Below, in pieces: positions 24,675-39,700 of a stretch of DNA of 64,000 nt; within the stretch, counting starts at the first letter, position 1; the number at the start of each line of letters is the position of its first letter. Source of the stretch: Ascidiella aspersa. Taxonomy: Eukaryota. The translations under genes and the position numbers were made by a program. The notes below the pieces were generated by a model that had not been told where the DNA came from, did no database searches, and saw only the letters and a list, made by a program, of their open reading frames with translations. The DNA is taken from positions 13,268,001 through 13,332,000 of the forward strand of contig OZ004613.1 in NCBI GenBank assembly GCA_963924565.1, given 5' to 3'.

Positions 24675-27600
24675 TCTGCACGCTTTTATTCCTTATGCCT
24701 GGAATTATTTTTGATACGGTGTATTATTATTAAATACCTGGACTTGGAGTTTTACACGTACGCATAACGCAATCAGGTTTTTCCGCCCTAGGCGTTATCA
24801 CTTTCCAGAAATTTTCCAATAGCTATTTTTAGACATTTTTCAGGTTGCTGTAACTTGGATGCGTTGGAATACCAAGCATGTATAGTATACCTATATCGAA
24901 CGAAGCAGATTCCTAAATTTATTACCCCAGGAAATCATTTTTTTCTTGTTGATTAATCCACAAGTATGTGATTTTGCTTGTACTTTTAGTTTTCCCACTT
25001 TTGCACAACTCAGTTACGATAAGCGATCAATCACAACGTTTATAACCAGAAAAAGGTAAATTACCTCATTGGTCAAATTTGAAAGAATATGTAAAGCAAT
25101 TGTATTTTTGAACTATATCGTTGCGGTTAGTTTGATCAGGGGTTATATAAATAATCAACCCAAGACACGGGCCAACAAGTAGCAATTATCGGATACAAAA
25201 CATTTTTAATACGTATATTCTGTGATCAAGTTTTTCTGGAGTCCCACCAGCCCATACAAACTGTACACAATGTATAGTACACCGGATGCCTTGAACTAAA
25301 ATAAGAGAGGATTAACAAATAAGGTTTAAAAAAATTCGCATGGTGTTAAATAGTTCACAAGGTGTTAAATAGTTTTAGTTTAAAAAATTTCACATGGTGT
25401 TAAATAGTGAAATGTAGGAACCTAAAATCATTATATTGTTTTAAATTATATTTTTATAATGTCGTAGGCTATATTGTCTGTGGTAATTGACATTCAAAAA
25501 CGATCAAAAAACAAAGTTCATACCTGATTCAATTCACACATTGGTAACGTACCACATTTTGTATAGCAATACGTGTAAAAAATCTACGTTCAGGATGAGT
25601 AAAGAAAATTTATTAGATCCATAATATTGGTCAACTAGCTTTTACTCTCAACGAGTAATTACAAAACTACTTTGTTATATAGCGAAGGAAAGAATCTTAT
25701 AAAATGCCTCACAAACTTATTTTTTAAGTATATTGGGGGGGGGGGGGGGTATTAAAGTTATAAATGCTTTCAAATGTATTATCCAACCGAAGGTGCAGCA
25801 AAGGAATTGTTGAACGTGCAATAAGAGAAAACCGATTATTACGCAAAGTTCGGTTAGTGTTTGCTTTAGCCAAACGTGAATAAATTATACCGACGTTCGT
25901 TTCATAAGACCTGGGTAAAATATAGCCGTGGGCCAGCCCGCGAAGCAATTTCCATAACACTTTTTAAGCAATAATAGGCCTTTGAATTGTTTCTTTGTTT
26001 TAAAATGTTATCTTAAAGTAAAACATCTGCAAGGCATCCCCACCTATTCCAACTTGTTAAAACAAGGAAAAATTCAGCTTTCTTTCAATATAAATCACAC
26101 TATGATGTGTATTTCAAATCAACTTTTTGACTCGGCACTCCAGGGTATTTTCTGTCCGTCATTGGCCGCCCCTGTCAAAAAATAGTCAATACATGGGTTC
26201 AATGATCGGGATTTACAGGCGTGGGAAAAAACTATAATATATATAATATATTAAGTGATACCTTTTAGATATGTACATGAAGTTTGCTAAAAACGTTTAA
26301 GGAGCCTTACCTATAGAAGGGGTTTAGTCATAACCGATGTCGCATTACTAGGCGTCTAAATGTAAAATATACACACTTTTAATTTATTTCCATATACGAG
26401 CAATGTACACCGACATATAAGCGATAACGCAACGATATTGACCGTATATTTGACGCGAACGGCGGGATATGTGACATTATGCGAGCATCCGGGTGTGTGA
26501 CATCATGCTAACGGCCGTTATACGTTATGTTGACAATCGTTTATGTATAGCCTTGCTTGCATCGTTGATCGACAGATTCGGTGAGTCTGCGATGGCTTTT
26601 CGGTGTACTACAGCCGCCCAATTTCATGATAAACGACTAATCCTGGTCCTATTACCCTCCCCTTCTTTTTATTCTGAGGCGCGTAATTATATACTGCCGT
26701 TGCATATTTGTTTTAAATTAAGGTATACGCTAAAATGAGAAGTTTTGGGCGGGACATCCAAAACAGTCACACCATTAAGAAAAAATGGTCGAGGTCCACT
26801 GTTATAAACCATGATAAAACAAACGTCATTCTTCAATACTTCGTAATGTTGCTATTAACACTGAAAAAAGTACGTAAGCAACGCGCTGATGTTGATCACA
26901 AGATCACTACCAAAGTGTGTGGCCACATCACGATGTCTGATGACGACACAAAACGTCATGTATGATTCGTGTGCGACACTAATTCGCTATGTAATTTAGC
27001 TTATGCATTTTATGAAATGCCTTAGTCGGCTAAACTGAGGGTTAACCGAAAAAAAACTATAGCATCACGTTGCTTACATGTCAAATGGCACACCAAATGA
27101 CTTTAAACGATAATGGTTACTTGGGTTTGTGTGTATATATAAGATGCAAAGGCAAGGCAGGAATTTACATATGTATAGATGAATATTCTAAACAAGCAAG
27201 CATTTTAGATTGCATCAAACTACCACAGTAAATTAACTCTTAAGATTGTAATTCCATGTAAACTGGCTCACACTAAACTTTGTCCTGTAATTAACCAGGT
27301 ATTAGTTGCTTATGTTTATGTGTGTTCAATTTTTATAGTAACTCGACCAGATGGTGGCTTTCCCGGAAATGACGCATTGCAACGCGTCAATAAACGTGGC
27401 ACACCCAACAAGGGGAAGAATAGAAGTAACAACAATGAATCGAAACATGATACCATCTTGCCGATTATTACAAAAACATCAACACACCTTAACTACCACA
27501 ACGTCTAGATAATAATTGGATTGACGAAATTCGGAAGTTCGCAAAAACAACATTTTTCCGCTAAGCATATCACCCTTTCGCAACCTTTTGGATGAAGTTT

Positions 27601-30600
27601 TGTAAAGAATCTGAAAATGTTTTGGGTTGGTTCGTCCTGCTCTAAGCAGGCCCCAGTGGAAAACTACTTACAACTTTAGCATTCAATGCAGGCCTTTGAG
27701 TAGGGGATTCCCCCCCCCCAATGACGCGTTTTATGTGCTATACAGCTACACATATCAGCCCAAAATTTTCGGACATTTAAGAATGGTGCATTCTGGCAGG
27801 ATATAGAAGTGTTTGGAGCTAGAATGGTTTACTCTGAAGTGCCGCTTTGTATATGGTTTATTCTAAAACATTTTGTTTTACAGACCTGTTTTTTTTTTAT
27901 TATTGCAAATTTCGATTGTCAGACTAATGATTGCACGAGCGCAAGTTGCACTGCTCATCTGTTTTCTAACAGGGTTGGCATCTGCATCGACTGTAATAAG
28001 TCAGGCTGATCCCAACTTGTTGTCCACAAAAGTCAAAGAATTGACTGAACAATCACTGAAATAAATGTAGGTAAGGTTTAAATTTATACCACAACGACAG
28101 CGAAAAACGTACTATTATTGTAAGTATATTATGCACGCATGTTTATCAGAATTATTTGGATACTTTGCCTTACGACCGGACTGACCTGCTGGGGGTTAAT
28201 TTGCTTAACGCGGTAAATATATAGCGAATAATAATTTAAAGTAATCTATTTATTGTTGAGAAAAGAATCGGTATCCAAATCGTTAACGTCTTTGTCTGAA
28301 ATTTGCATGTTTAGAACTCTAAGCTACATAAGTTTACAACACTTTTATATTATATGAAAATTATATGACTCAATAATTCAAACCGCCTATGTTCGTGGCT
28401 CATTTCATCCAACTGTGTAATGCAGTTTTAATCAGTAAACATTTATTTGTCTTGTACGTTGTGCTCTTGTTGTTATTTGAATCACTTTGCCCCACTAAAT
28501 TAAGTTAATAAAACGAAAGTGGAGACAGCAACTAACAATCGCCAAGTTGCATTGCCAAATAAACTGTCATTTTGCAGAGCGTTTAACTACATTAGTTCAA
28601 TCTTTTCTGTTTAAAGTCTTTGCTAGTACTATTTTCTTTGCTATTATTTGCGTTCTCTGCGCCGTTGTTAGTTGTTAATAAAATAAACGACAAAACAAAC
28701 ACGACACGCGTTTAATTTGCTTGGATTTGGATTTTAATTTTGTTTGTAGGTGGCCATGACATTTTTTTAGAGATGACGTCGTAAAAACATCAAAATTTGA
28801 CGTAACAAAGTTATTTTTAAACGTGAAACTAGAAAGAAGTTATCTCTACGCAGTTTGTTCATTTCTACTCCGTTCGTTTATTATGTTAAAATATAGGTTA
28901 GAGAAATGCTACTTTCAATACAAAAGCTATATTATAAAGATTTTATCGATTCGCGCAAAGCAAAAACGCCTTTATATTGTTAAGTTTTCAAAACTCTAAT
29001 TATCGAGGGGCAAAAAGACGCAAGATTAGAAAAGTGTGATACAAAATACACAAGACTATTAAGAAATAGGCCTTATAAACTATAAAAACTATAGAGTTTA
29101 CCGCTGCAAGTAAGTTTTAGATGAATTATTGCAGATTTATGTCAGTAAGTCGACAGCGTTATTCAAAGTCAAGGCAAAAATTTATAAAAAGCGGAAATGA
29201 AACTGCTTTGAGCGAAAAGTTGCCTGGGGGCACAAAATGAGCGGAATTATGTGACGTGGAAAACTACTAGTACCACTTTGCTTTAATGACAAACGTAACA
29301 CACGTATTGCAACACTGCGAACAATTTACAGACATATGTACACTGTGCTTGTTAATCTGCTACAAAGCCTAATACAGAAACTTATATAGCATTTGATCAC
29401 TGCCAAAGTAAATTGATTTTAGTGACATTAATTTTGTTATGTGGCCGAAAAAAAAAAATTTTGTTTGACACATGTTTTTACTGTCTGAAAATACAGTTCG
29501 GGGTCTTGCACTAAACATTGGTTGCGTTAGATAACATTTGCGTGGCGCTAATCTTTTAGCCAGCTATACAGTAATGCGCCCCGTAAGGATAATTAAGAAA
29601 TAGTATTGTCGAAGCATTAGGTAGAAGGCGACATTTGGCCGAGGGAAACCAATCAACTCTGTTGTGTTACCTATTAGACGTAACGCTGATGTGTATGCCG
29701 TTTATTGTGGACTTGCAACAGTTGCTTAGTGTCCGGAAATGACGCCTTGCACCGCGTACATAAACGCTGTATCACGTAGGAAAACACTGAGGAACAATGG
29801 TTAATCAAAAACTTGTTTACTGATTGCAAAGTTTTGAGCATAGTGGTCAACTGAAACCAATATTCAGTTATTAATATTCAGTTGTTCTTTGACAAACCGT
29901 TACCAAATCTACGCGACATTTAAGTTGGCTTGAATCAGAAGCACGCATAAACAAAGCAGTGTACACGCAGTGTGGTTATACAGTTGTCCCAGTTACAGAC
30001 TGGCGAGCGACTAGCAATTATACAGCACAAGCTACAATGTGGAGAATGAACTTTAAAGCGAACAGTTGTCGTTTTATTTAAGAATCTCAATCGATGTAAA
30101 AGGCCGACATTAGTGTTTTTGAATAAAAAGTATTTTTGTTTTTAAAGGGTTGCCCAAAATATCGAACGAATAATGCTACAGTGGACTTATACAGTTCATC
30201 ATTAGGCATATTTATTTTTTAAGTTGTAAACCTGTACAAACAAGGGTTTCTTAATTAATTATGTGTTCCTCAGTATTGTGGCAACGGCAATATTTACTGG
30301 ATGGAGCTTTAATCTCGCGAATAGACCGAAAATAAAAATATTTTTTCACCTAATTATGTGTGTTTCCATTAACGTTTTAAATTCAACAAAAACCTGAAAG
30401 TTTACCCAGTTATTTCGGCCTGAATCAGGCCGACAGTGGAAAACTACTTACAACTTTACAACTGAGTGCCCATGACTGTTTTGCGTTTTTGTGGGTGATT
30501 CCCCACGATTACGCATGTCACGAGCAACGTATATCACCCAAAATTTTGGTAAACACGCTCATTCAAGGATTGTGCGTTCAGGCAGCATGTAGAAGTTCAT

Positions 30601-30720
30601 TGGAGCTAGCATTGTTTCGTCTGAGTTGCCGCTTTACGCATGGTTCTAAACACATTTTGTTTTATAGATTTTTTATTTATTTATATTTATTTATTGTTGC
30701 AAAATTCGATTGTCAGACTA
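24675..30720. promoter_or_regulatory. Divergent intergenic region between the start codons of genes A and B
   Basis: Inferred from head-to-head orientation; transcription start sites cannot be seen. GTGGAAAACTACT recurs at ~27656, ~29256 and ~30437. Confidence 0.5.
27927..28212 (+). pseudogene. Older 5' fragment duplicate of gene B (upstream sequence plus exons 1-2)
   Basis: MIARAQVALLICFLTGLASA...EQSLK then TAA at 28062-28064 after a small deletion; exon-2 homolog at 28150-28212; no exon 3 follows. Confidence 0.85.
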
Positions 30721-33700
30721 ATGATTGCACGGGCGCAAGCTGCACTGCTCATCTGTTTTCTAACAGGGTTTGCATCTGCCACGACTGTAATAAGTCAGGC
30801 TGATCCCAACCTGTTGTCCACAAAGGTCAAAGAATTGACTGAACAGTCACTGAAGTTTAAAGAATTGCAGGTGGGCTTCAATTATGCGATAGTTACCTAT
30901 ATACGCTATCATGCCTAATTTTTTGCTCTTTTGGTTTGAGTTGAGATGTGTTTGTTCGTCCTGGTGACATTTATTTTTCACCTTTAGTTAGATGTTAACT
31001 GTTCCCATAAATATTTTATGCACGCGTTTTATTTCAGAATTATCTGGATACTTTGCCTTACGACCGCATTGACCTGCTGGGATTTGATTTGCTAAACGCG
31101 GTAAGTACAAGCAAAAACTATTTTTTAACTAATTAATTGTGGTTAGGAAAAAAAAAATAGTTTTCTGCAACTAAACTAGTAAACATCTTGTGTCCTAAAT
31201 GTGCTTGTTTATAACTCCAAGGGCGAAATATGTTTAAAGCATTGCTAACGTGAAGTGATTAAATAATTTATATGCCCTGTGTTTGTTGCTCAACATTGCC
31301 CTAATCTGGTTTGCGTTGAAAGCTTTTTTTGCTGGCTTATCAATTGAAATTTACCGACAGGCGACAATACCTAGTGGATTTTTATTTTAGGCCTACCGTG
31401 TAACCCAACGCAACAACAAAGCAGGTTGTAAACATAAACATTTACCTGACGCAGTTAAAAATAGGTACGTCATTCTTGGCTACACAATAGTATTGTCCTC
31501 ATTTAATCTGAGATGACTCACCTCAAACCAAGTTATAAGCATTTTCTTTAAATGCGTAATGTAGTGATAATGACAAGCAATTTAGTTAAATCGTATTTGC
31601 AAGACAGGACGTTAAATAAGGTTTCAATTGTATAAAACTGCAGTGGGTGATAGCCTTATATTATTTGCCTCTTGACTTTGATGTGAAGAAATATCAACCC
31701 TAACACCTCATATCACTTGCCCTAAGCCAAAAGGACGTTATTGTTCACAAATTAACCGCATGGCTAACTGAGTTTAGGCAAACGTCAGATACGAACCGTT
31801 GGTTTGGTTGCTTAAGTAACCTGATCGACAGCAAGTCATGCGAAACTCCAGCAGTTAAGCACTCATCAGCAAATCAGTAACCTGCTTATCTCTACCTTTT
31901 AACTGACACCTCAACAAGAAAAAGTCACTTGATGCCAGTAAACGCAAATTGGGAAATCTTTTATTTGTTGGCGTGCCAGATGGCAAGAAGTCATTGCCTT
32001 TTGTCGTTTAATCGTAGTTGAGTGCTATTCATAAAATGGGTTATTGGTGAACATATTGCGTTAACAGTGACGTTGTTTCCCATCCACTAACGTTGAACAT
32101 GTTGATTAGGGATGTCCGATACGAAATTTTGACAGTGAAATACAACCGTCCGATAACATAGCCTACCAAAGTTGTCATTACTGTTATAAAGTAAGCAAAG
32201 TTCTTAATATGACAATAGGTTAACGTTAACCTAAAGGTTTTAAAGATATTAGGCTATTGCGTAAGCATAAAAAGCGTATTGTTATTGTTAGTATTCTCGT
32301 AATCTTATAATTTACGGCGAAAATCCTCGGAAAGGTAGACAGCTATATGCATTGGATCGCAACGGCCGAAATGCAGCTTTTATTTGGTAATCGATCAGCG
32401 AACGTCCTGGTGTCGAATGAGTGTCAATACTACCACTTATAGAATCGGGTATCGGCTCATATACAATTCTATCAGATATCTCTAATAATAATCCACATAA
32501 TTGTTGTATTTCTTAGAAGTTGCTCGCATTGATTGATAAATGCCCTTTTAGGTAAAATTTATACTTCGATATTAATCAGATCTATAAAACAACATTGCTA
32601 ATATGCGAAAAAACAAATTTGGTTTTACTAATTTTTGGAGTTTTAAAAGAAGAATGACAGTTAAAATTTGTCAAGTGTCACCATTTCATTCGCTGCTATT
32701 TATTTCCAAATTTTAGATGAGCAGCGCTTTCGAGCGCAAGTTTCAAAGCCGGACAGAGGCCGTGAAGAAATTGGCAACTGCAGTTCGGTCGTCGTACAGT
32801 GGAACGAGCTCACCTTCTTATAAATGCTGCCTAATACCATCAGGACAACTGGAACACGATACGCGATTTAAACAACCTGTAAGCGTGAGATTACTTAGTG
32901 GTCAAAATTTCTCGTTTGGGCTGGTAAAGACTGCTTCATACCTTCATTGTAAAATAATTTATACATCAGTGTTTCAAAACTTTTCTTTCCACAGCCCCTT
33001 TTCGTATTGGTCCGTCGCCTTACTCTCTTACCCCAGACATTAAATAAGTATCATATTACATACTGATACAATGCATTAGTGCTGTGTAATGCGTTGTTTT
33101 TGCAACGTAACAACACCATTGGAATTTTTAACTTTATTTTAATCTAATACGTAAAAGTAAGCAAGGACACCGTATGTCAGCAAATTCAATAAAATGAAGT
33201 TTTAGAATATCACAGGGGTTGTGCTCCCCTGTAAATAACCATAGAGCACGACAATAGTTTCATTTCTTTCAGGTTTCGACTTCTCAAGTTTGTGAGTTGA
33301 TTTCGTCCAACGCACCGAGCTCGTCCACTAGATTGCAAAGTGGTTTCAGCAGAGCTTGTATGGACAATCTTGCCAGCGTCCCTTCCATGAAGTGGCAGTA
33401 TTTCGGAAGTGAGCAGGGCGTCACAACACAATTTCCCGCCACCAAAGCGACGAAATGCGGAAACTTTGACAATCGCTTCAGGTCTAATGGTGATTTAGGA
33501 AATATAATTTTGCTTGATATCTTTTAATGAGGATTGCTACATCAAGCAAATTTTCAGGTCATTTTATTGCTGCAGTCGTAAAAATGTTCTGTTTTTTCTA
33601 TTGTAAATTTTTAGAAGTGTTTTTCTCATTTCCGACTGCCGGAACTTGTTTAAATTGTGAACGATAAAATGTTAAAAGTGATACGACCTGTCTTTATAGG

Positions 33701-36700
33701 GCATTCGTCCGGGTTAAAGCCTTGAAACACACCATGCATCGTTTGGCAAACAAATTTGAAGATGTATTTTCTAACAAAATATTTGTTTTCCTGATGCAGA
33801 CCGTGGTACGTGCAAGCCAATGTTCCAATACCAAAGCAAGTTGTCATCGTTATAGACCGAAGCGGTTCAATGAGTCAAGAATATAAAGGAGTGTCGTACA
33901 TGAAACTTGCAATAGAAGCTGCGAAAACAGTGATAGACACTTTAAATCCCTATGACAAGGTTTGTTGCAGGATACTGTACATACTTGATTTTTGTGAAAA
34001 TGAATATCATACTTGTGTTAATGTAAAAATACTGTAAAAATAAACAAAACTATTGTATTTTTAATGAATCCTAACTGTTTTTGTTTGTTTCTGGGTTCGT
34101 TGAATGGATGCCAGTCTAAATGTGTCAAATAAACAAACCTAACGTTATTATGCGTTACTTTGAATTCCGATGTATACATTTAAGCCAGATAGCTGAATTT
34201 AATGCTTTAATGAAAACAATTTTTTTAAGTTTGCTTTTATCGCTTTTTCGTCGAGTGCTGAACTCTTCACGGCCAGTAAGATCCCAAACGGCACCTGTTA
34301 CAGAACAAGCTTCGCCCAGGCAACGCCAAAGAACAAAAAGCTCGTTAAAGAGCACATCGACGATATTTATCCAAGCGGTAAACTTCAATGTTGTCCGCAA
34401 ATCATTGGAATTTATTTAACTCTAATTTTTTGTTGTATAAATATGTCTATCGTAACGTTTTATTAAACCTGCAAATTATGTAATGCTGGAAATAGTGTCT
34501 CGTAAACAATATTTACGTTTGATAGACTTTGTCATGCAAATTTAAAACTTTCCTGTATATATTTCAGGTGGAACAGGATTTGTGGCAGCATTGCAAGCAG
34601 CATTCACATTTTTTGATCTGGTCAAAGACGACACTGAAGGTTGGACAATTTAATGGATAATTTACACTATGGTTTTGGCTGTTGACTACACTGGTGACAA
34701 TGTATAGAATTCCACAATTTCCTTCCGGGCAAACTGTTAAAAGAAAGATTGCCTGTAATGGAGGAGTTTCTTCAAATTATCAATAATTTTTCAAATTGTC
34801 CAAAAAAGGATAACAATAATTTTAAGTAATATTGTGCCTGATAACTCTTTGATAAATACTTTAGCAAAACTTTTAAATTTGCCTATAGCTTTTTTTACTT
34901 TTTTGTTAAATAGTTTGATAAAAATCTGGGCTGTGTCCAACATGATTTGTCATGGGACAGAAACAATGCTTTAATATATGCGTTTTTAGATGAATACGAT
35001 AAGAAAATAACCTGAATTTGTCAAGGAACAACACAGTTAAAATAAAGTTAAACGTCTCTCACAAATTTGTTTACGTTTATATAAACAAGTTCGTGTTGAA
35101 ATAAGTGTAAATTAACAACAAAAGTTTTAATATGGTTATCCCTTTCATTCGGGTGACTGATATTCAAAACGTATTTCGTGGTTATAAGTGCAACAAAGGG
35201 AGGGCTTATTGTGCAATGCGTCAAAAAATTCAAATTAACTACTTCCGGATTTTTTTTATTGAAAAAACTTGTGAAACCTAAAATAGATGGTTTATAGAGC
35301 GTACTATTTTTTGATACATCAATTGCTTTTTGTTGTGCCTAATGTGTAGCCTATTATTAAGTTTTTTAGGGATTAGCCTATTCTATAATTCAGGGTTCAT
35401 TATTTTTTCCATAAGTTTCCACCAAATGAAACACCATCCGGAAGTTAACAGAATATGTGCGTTTATTAATTGAAACTAACTGCAAATCCTAATAAACCCA
35501 AACTTTTTTATTAGGCCCTAACACTTAATTAGCAACACAAACAATTATTAAAAAGCCCAAAAAATCAACTGACGGCAATTAACTAAAAATAAAAAAAAAT
35601 TAATGATTTATATGTAACTGTTTATAGCAGTGGTTTGGGGATTTCGTGGTTGAGTTTGGGTTTGGACAATTTCATCATCATTTAAAGAAGATATGGTGTG
35701 CATACGTTAAGTGGTGCAGGATAATTGAAAACAACTGTATTACTAAGTCTGGTAATGAAAAGTACCGTGTTAAAAAATGTTTAAAAAAACGTTCAGTAAA
35801 ATGATTTGTTTACAAAAGCAATAAATACTGAATTACATAGAATAAGAAAAATTTGAGACAGAAACTTCCCTAATTTCGTAAAATATTTTCGCAATGGACC
35901 AGCTTAGGTAACGTGTCATCTAGGATAACCTTCCTCTCAAACTATTCACGATTTTGCTTAATAGCGCAATTTGTTACAGCAGATAAGGTTATGCTGTTCA
36001 TGTCGGACGGGAAACCAAGCGATTCAACAAGCAACATTTACCAAACCATAACCTATAGGAACCGGAACCTTAACAATTCAGTGATTATAATGACGTATGG
36101 TCTTGGATCTGGCGTAGGTTCGTGTTTATTTTTGTTTTCAAACGTGTGGCATAACATCCCCTGTGTTAAATTTTTTACAACCCTCTGAATAAACTTTTGT
36201 TATTTATTTCTTTTATAAGTTAAACGTTTTGAATTTTCTTAATTAAAAGAAAACAAAAGTACGGTATTTTATTTCATCTGTCTTAAATATAGTTAAATTT
36301 TTTTCAGACTCAACAGTTTTGCAGAATATGGCAAAATCCACGGAGATAGAGGTTGGATCCGATAACAAGGTTTGACTATTCCATTGTTTTGATGATAATC
36401 TGTTGAAAGTTTTTTAGCATAATGGATATTTTGTTTCATCTTTGATGTCTGTTATAGCTTGAATTGATGGTGGTAAAAAAAATTCAATAAAGAAATGCAG
36501 GTGACTCCAGCGTAACACGTTAGGTTGCACTATTACTCATTTCGACCACAAGTAAAAATAGAATATATTGTTATTTATAAAAGACCATGGTAGGCTAAAT
36601 TTACTCAAAATAGGATCTGAAACTCTATTAAAAAAAATGAAGGTTTGTTGCATTATTTTCCTAATTTTATATATGTATAGAAAAATTTCATTTATTAAAT

Positions 36701-39700
36701 TTTTTCGATTAGGGTGAATTTAAAACTTTCGTTTCAGTTCCGGTTCGACTAAATTTATTTTCAAAACCGATTAAAAAGTTACGGTTCGGAAACAATAAGA
36801 GTTGCGTTAAACCTAAAAAATCGTTTAATAAATGTAGAGAATGATTGTTTTGAACTGTAACCCGTATTTCATCTAAGTTTCGTGACGTATTAAATGCCAA
36901 ACAGCTCATTATTGAAATATCTCAAAAAAACGTTTTGCTTACTGAAATGAACATATTTTCATTCATTTTTTGCACTGTTGTAACGTATGTCACTTTTTTG
37001 TGAGTTATCTGAGATATAAAGTTTATCTCGAAACACTTTTATGATTTTACATTTATTCAAAAATAATTTACAAGTCTGATAAAATAGAGTTAACGAATAA
37101 AAGTTATCCTATGCTTTTCATTGTACTAATCGCCAAACAACTTTTTATTTAAATACTAATCAAAGAAGGAAAATTCGGACATTGCATTAAACACAAGTTG
37201 TAAGGTCATGCTGGAGTTAACCGCTTTTTAACAAGTTAAAGTTCGGGTTTCTCTAAAACATTGGGTTATTGTTTTGATTTCATTAAATAAAGATGATTTT
37301 AATAACTATTTCTGTGCTATTTGCAGCAAGGCCAATATACAGCAATTTCAACACCTTCGAATTTGCGAAATAAAATGGCGTCATATTACAATTTCTTTTC
37401 AATTCAAGGACAGCGAATTACAAAACCAGTGTGGACAGTACCTTATCTTGATGGCTGGGGTTTAGGTAATGGAATAATGTATTGAAATGTCATACAATTT
37501 TTTTGATTATTAATATTTATCAACCAATATTAGGAAATGTTTTTATTAAATATTTGCATTTTTGTAGACCTGTACTTCATTGTACAGGATAAATCCAGGC
37601 AATTTACTTTATTTATTGGTCTATTTTATTATTGTTTTACCAGGGTTAATGATCACGGCAGCTTTGCCAGTTTATACAAGCAATCTAATAGGAGTTGCCG
37701 CAGTGGACATAACTATCGAAGAGCTGTTGGCCGAATCAAGTTTCTTTAAACCAACTGAACTCTCTTACTCATTTGTTATTAATAAGAAAGGTAATGTATG
37801 CTTATAGTAAGGAAAGATGTTCCTGAGACCTAATGTTTTCGAATTGTTAACTGTTTAGGATTTTACAGTAAATTTGCAGGCCCACCGTACGTAGCTTAAC
37901 AGATTTCATTTTATATCGTCCATAACTCGTTATCGACATTCATGGGTTTCTAAGTTTATCTTGGTGGCATGAGAAGTGCCAAATGACTAATATTGCATTT
38001 TTAACTTATTAGTAAATTCCAAATTCTGAAACACATGTTCCGTTATAGGTTTCAATTTATATTAGTGGAATCCAAAACTAGTGGAATCCAAAAAAGCAGC
38101 GGGTGGCTGTCAGTCAATCACTGCTTAGCTAACATTTATGTAAACATGTAAAAATTAAGTGAAACTGTGTAATATTAAAATATATATTTTAGTAATCACC
38201 TCGGTATTGACAGTTTTGTTTTACGATACATTTATTAGATAAGTATACTTGAATTTTAGGTCTGGTCATCAACCATCCCTTATTTCCCACCGTGACCACG
38301 GGCGAACCATTGTTTGTCGAAGTAACCGCATTTGAGTCGGACCCGCAATTCCTTTCTGTATTTTCATCAATGAAGAGGTAAACGAGTATTAGAGTTTGGT
38401 TAGGAAGCCAATAAAAGTTACGAATGTTTTAATATTTCGAACCTTGCGCTAACCCAGCGCCACAAAACCTTTAATGTCGAATAATTTACCCACAAAAACA
38501 CGAAATGATTTAACCATTATAAATACTATTGAATTATCTCCACTATTATCTGCAACGCGTGTAACTATGTAGGTTTATCAGAAATTATAAAATAGGAACC
38601 GATACCTCATAGCAACAGTGCAAAACCAAAAATACATTGTTGTTGGCTTTTTACCTATTTTGCGCCCAGTTTGGCCTGGTAACGTACAGCTGTCAGAAAA
38701 CAGAATGTGAAAACAAAGATTTATGAAGTTCCAAAGTTTGCCCAATAAAAGATAAAGTTCGTCCAATGAAAGGATATAATAACTGGTAGAAGAAATGAAA
38801 GGCATAACGTCTTGCAAACCTGGGCAATTATCGCCTAGCATTTTTCATACAAGTTATGCTACACTGAGAAGTTTCATTTGGGCCGTAGGCTATATTATAC
38901 ACAATATACTGACGAGTCACCGTTTTGTCAGATCCCATTCATACGTGAACACATTCAAATATATTGAAGGGTCCCTAATTAACCATATTTATAGCCCGGG
39001 ATCCAGCAACAAAAGTTAATTTATCGCAGTTCAATGTTTCACGAAGTTAATTTACCGCAGTTCATTGTTTTAAATTGTACACTCATTCTTTAACAAGGGT
39101 AGAGAAGCTTTGGCTCTCGAGCCATTTAGGGCTCTTTGAATACCGTCATATGGCTCTTATGATAAAGTAATCTTGCTCGCAAATAGATCTGAGCTATCAT
39201 TTATTATCATGGCATGAATAAAACTCCACGCGGCCATGACTCCTTCCAAACTGTATTTTTTTAACAAGTTTAATAACACTTGAATAAAACTCCACGCGAC
39301 CATGAACCCTTTCAAACTATGGGTAATAGCAAAATTTTTCTCGGTCTGTTTTTTCGTGGCTGTTAGCCGATTTGATGAAACTCAGTAACCGAAGTTTTGC
39401 AAACTTAGCCACAGTACTTTTTCGCGTTTACTTTAGAATTAGATGTTGAAATATATAACAAGACTCTCATGGAAATACAACCAAAAATATTCGGCTTTTA
39501 TGGCTTTTTCAATTGAAAAGATTTCCGACCCCTGTTCTACAACATGTTTAATCCTATTCAGCGGCGGGTCAGGTAACAAAACCTTCATGTCCACCCGAAT
39601 ACTTCCCCAAGGCGACAGCACAAATTATCCGGTGAGGAAGGTTCGAGTGCAATCCACATACTACTGGAAACAGGTTTGAAAATCAATAATTTTTGACGGT

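Noticed and set aside
25724-27508. Short intergenic ORFs recurring at 51850-53827
   Set aside because: Starts, stops and frames differ between copies and there are no domains; duplicated non-coding DNA.
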